Below, in pieces: positions 60,432-64,000 of a DNA stretch of 64,000 nucleotides; position 1 is the stretch's first letter; each line of letters begins with the position of its first letter. The translations under genes were made by a program, and so were the position numbers. The notes beneath the pieces were generated by a model. The model saw nothing but the letters and a program-made list of their open reading frames with translations. It ran no database searches and had not been told where the DNA came from. Source of the stretch: Selaginella moellendorffii (Eukaryota > Plantae > Lycopodiophyta); assembly GCF_000143415.4 (NCBI RefSeq), contig NW_003314270.1:2759668-2823667 (forward strand). Reading direction: 5' to 3'.

Positions 60432-63400
60432 TGTGAGGGCCAAGTGTATGGCTACGATGCCGTATACTACTATTAGTGTAGTGGGATTTTGGTAGCCGTC
60501 ATATTGGTTTCAATCCAGACCACTCGCTCCTGTATATAAGCTAGGGTTTTTGGGCTAATTGATATGCACATTTTCTATATTCCCTTTCGATATTCCAAGC
60601 ACTCACATTAGTGGAGATGAGGGGCACTTTTGATTGTCCCTGAGGAGTGTTTGGATTTGGGATTTTGGTTTAGATCTAGCTTTTTCCATTTCCTTTCTTT
60701 TGTTATTTCCTTTTAAGATTTTGGTTTAGATCTAACTTTTTGCATTGTTTAGATCTACCATTTCCTTCTAGCTTTTTGTCATTTCTCTTCTTTTGCTCTT
60801 TCTTTTTCATCCGTCTCCATGGCAGATCAGCAATCTCCTCCTTTGACTCTGGAGCAGCAGTTGGTCAAATTGCTTGATGCTATGCGCTTGCAATTGAACA
60901 ACCAAACTCAGTTGATGGCGGCGTTCACGGCACATGGTACAACTCCTCCTGCTTTTGGTGCCAATCCTCGCGTTCGGCCGGAGTTCTTTCGTGGGAATCC
61001 TGGGGATGATATGTACCATTGGTTCGATCACTTCATGGTGATTGCCACATATCATTCTTGGGATGATGCTCGACGTTTGCGTGAGTTTCCCACGTGTCTC
61101 CAAGGGACGGCGTTGCAGTGGTACAATGGTTTGGGAGCAGCCACTTGCGGGGATTGGAGTGTTCTTCCGGATGTCTTCAAACGCGCCTTCGGACATGCCG
61201 ATGACTATGATGATGCTTTCCAACAATTGCATCGTCTTCGCCAAGGGCCATCTGAGTCAGTGATGCAATTTGGCGTTCGTTTCTGAAGTCTTTTGCTTCG
61301 TGCGGAGCCAAATATGTTGGAGCGGATCAAGCTAGGAATGTTGTGGCCAGCACTTCGTCAAGATCTTGTCGGACTTGTGCATGCACTTGCTCCCGCCACC
61401 CTTGACGATGCTCTTCGCTTGGCACAATGTTATGAGATATCGCCTCTCCCACTTCTCGCTGCACGTCCTTCAGCTCCTCTTCCTATAGGTGATGGTCCTG
61501 TTCCAATGGAGGTTGATGCTGCTGCTGCTCGAGTCCAAGGACAAGGGCGAGGATGTGGTCGTGGCTATGATATTCGCTGCTGGGTATGTGATGAAGTTGG
61601 TCATACTTATCGGCGTTGTCGGCATTTTCCGGATTGGCGACCTCCATTTCCTGGGTGGAGACCTTGGCGTCAGCAACGTCCCGTTGGTGCTGCTGCAGTG
61701 GAACGTTTGGACACCGAGATGCATCCAGGAAATGAGGAGTCGCGTGAGTAACGGAGGAACCTTGCGCGAATAAGTTAGTGACCCCTCCATCTTTCTTTCG
61801 GGAGTATCATCAAGGGGTTCACTCAGCACCAGTTCATCTAGTGTTTACTTTACAAGCTCTTTTTTATAACAAGAGGTCTCCTCTTCTTCTCTCCATGTTG
61901 GTTGATACAGGTTCGAGTTTATCTTCTATTGCTCGACCTGTTGCCACACGTTGCCGTCTACACTTGCGTCGTGTGGCGAAACCAGTTTTCATTCTTTATG
62001 GCAACGGCTGTACACATGCATGTGCACGGGATGAGGCGGACCTGGTTGTGTGTGTGGGCGATCTCGAACTTGAGTTACAATCCTTGCAAGTGGTGCCGAG
62101 TCAAGCTTTTGACCTCATTCTTGGTATGGATTGGTTGCAGCGCAATCATGCCAAGTGTGACTTTGAGGCTTCTCCCCCTTGTCTCATACTTCCTTATGTT
62201 TCATTTATTCCTCTTACTTCTGTCCCTCTTCGTCCCTCTACTTCTACCTTTGCTTCCATTACTTTTGTTCCCCCACTATTTCCTCCTATATTTCCATCTT
62301 GTTCTGCTCTTCCCTTTTTTGATCCCTCCGACGATCTTTGTGTTGCAGCGGTGGACCGGCTCATGAAGGAGTATTCTGATCTCTTTGAATTTGACCTATC
62401 GTCTGGGGCCAAGATTGCCACACGTCATCCAATTCCAACCGGGGATGCTCGTCCAATCAAGGTTCCCGTTCGTCGTCGGTCACCCAAGGAGATCCGGATT
62501 TTACGTGCAAATGTCAAGGAGATGTTGGAGAAAGGAGTTATTCGGAAGTCGTGGAGTCCTTGGGCATATGAACCTCATCTTGTGACGAAGCCTGATGGGA
62601 GTATTCGTTTCTGCATCGACTATCGCCCGTTAAACGAAGTGACGATCCCAGATGTGTACCCTCTTCCTCACACTGCTGATCTCTTGGATCGTCTGGGGCG
62701 AAGTCGTTGGTTCACCAAGCTAGATCTTGCTTCGGGGTACTGGCAAGTACCGATGGCCGACGAAGATATTCCTAAGACCGCTTTTCGTACATCATTTGGT
62801 TTGTACGAATTTTTGGTGATGCCGTTTGGTTTGAACAATACTCCAGCAACTTTCCAGCGGATGATGGATGAGGTTCTTTGCGATATGCCGGAGGTGACTG
62901 CTGACTTCATTGATGATGTCTTGATCCACTCGGAGGGGACGTGGGAGGAGCACGTTCGTGATGTTTGTAAAGTGTTGGATCGGCTACACGACGTTGGTTT
63001 AAAGCTGAAGCGGTCGAAGTGCATAATTGGATCCAAGGACACAACTTATCTTGGGTACCGTATTTCTCGTGAGGGTTTGCAAGTTGATCCTGACAAACTT
63101 GTGGCTATTCTAAAGTTCCTTACTCCGAAGTGTGTGAATGATGTGCAGCACTTCTTCGGCAAGGTGCAGTATCTCGAGCGTTTTGTGGATCATCTTTCTG
63201 ATCGCACTACACCATTGCGAGTGTTGCTGAAGTCATCAACGTCATCTTTCATTTGGTCTCCGGATTGTGAGCGGGCATTCGGAGATCTCAAAGAGTTATT
63301 GACAACTCCTCCGGTTTTGGCATATCTTGACTACACTCGACCTTTTATTTTGCGCATGGATGCTTCTGACATTGGTCTTGGAGGTGTGTTGATGCAAGAG

Positions 63401-64000
63401 AGCTCGAGTGTGCCTAGTCAGTGCCATCCCATTGCATATATAAGCCGTACATTACAACCAGTGGAGATGAACTACTCCACAACAGAGAAGGAGTGTTTAG
63501 GGGTTTCGAGAAACTTCATGCATATCTACATGGTTATCGGACGTTACTTGAAGGTGACCATATTGTTGTTACTTCGTTATTAAAGCGGAAGAACCAGGTT
63601 GGTCGTACTGCTTGGTGGGCTTTGAAGCTTCAGATATATGATTTTGATGTTGTTCACCGCCCAGGGAGTTCTATGGCTGATGCTGATGCCCTTTCTCGAG
63701 CTCTTCTTCCTTCTTCACTCTCTTCTCATGTTTCTGACGAGCTTGTCGTTCCAGCATCTGTGGATTTTCTAGACGAGGATTCTGTGCCGTCGGCAGTTGC
63801 TGTACTTGACGTTCAATGTCCACAAGGTGCAGAGCAAGATCTACCTTCCCTTGATGAGGTTCGCGAGGCTCAAAAGATTGAGCCATGGATTCGAAGGCTT
63901 CGAGATGGGTTTGAGAATCCTGCATCACTTGCTGATGACTTGCCTTTCCGGCATTTACATTCTCAATATCGTCTTGAAGGTGGCCTTTTTTATTTTGTGG
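60432..64000 (+). mobile_element. Ty3/gypsy retrotransposon, 5' part: LTR 60432-60607, tRNA-Ala-type PBS, gag, pol; runs off the window
   Basis: TGTGAG...CTCACA LTR; PBS tagtggagatgaggggca; gag 60819-61751 with internal TGA and knuckle CWVCDEVGHTYRRC; pol with LVDTGSS (protease), FIDD (RT) and DASDIGLGGVL (RNase H, frameshifted near 63500). Confidence 0.95.

Overview
Eukaryotic land-plant genomic DNA. Short (~50-90 nt) introns, tight gene spacing and many PPR relics suggest a compact lycophyte genome such as Selaginella; this is inference only. 1-26 kb is gene-rich: two decayed convergent tRNA-Ala genes, a PGR/TMEM19 gene, a Uma2-like nuclease relic, a vacuolar sorting receptor, a MASS-family gene, a NagD-type HAD phosphatase, a plastid PDZ gene, two RGS1-like 7TM genes lacking an RGS domain, and a long coiled-coil gene. 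A ~3.7-kb tandem duplication copied the 7TM gene and fused PDZ to coiled-coil sequence in frame at its junction. 29-60 kb holds three copies of a cassette (NHL-repeat gene, beta-tubulin 3' fragment, His/Ala-Pro-rich membrane ORF) separated by nested retroelements. 60.4-64 kb is a Ty3/gypsy element. The best candidate for an undescribed system is a set of miniature LTR retroelements with apparent RNA polymerase III promoters. It comprises a tandem TRIM with tRNA-type A/B boxes across the LTR-PBS junction, a related solo LTR carrying the 5S rRNA internal control region, and a TSD-flanked TRIM-chromovirus chimera that may identify the helper element. All family assignments come from motif recognition by eye; no searches were run.
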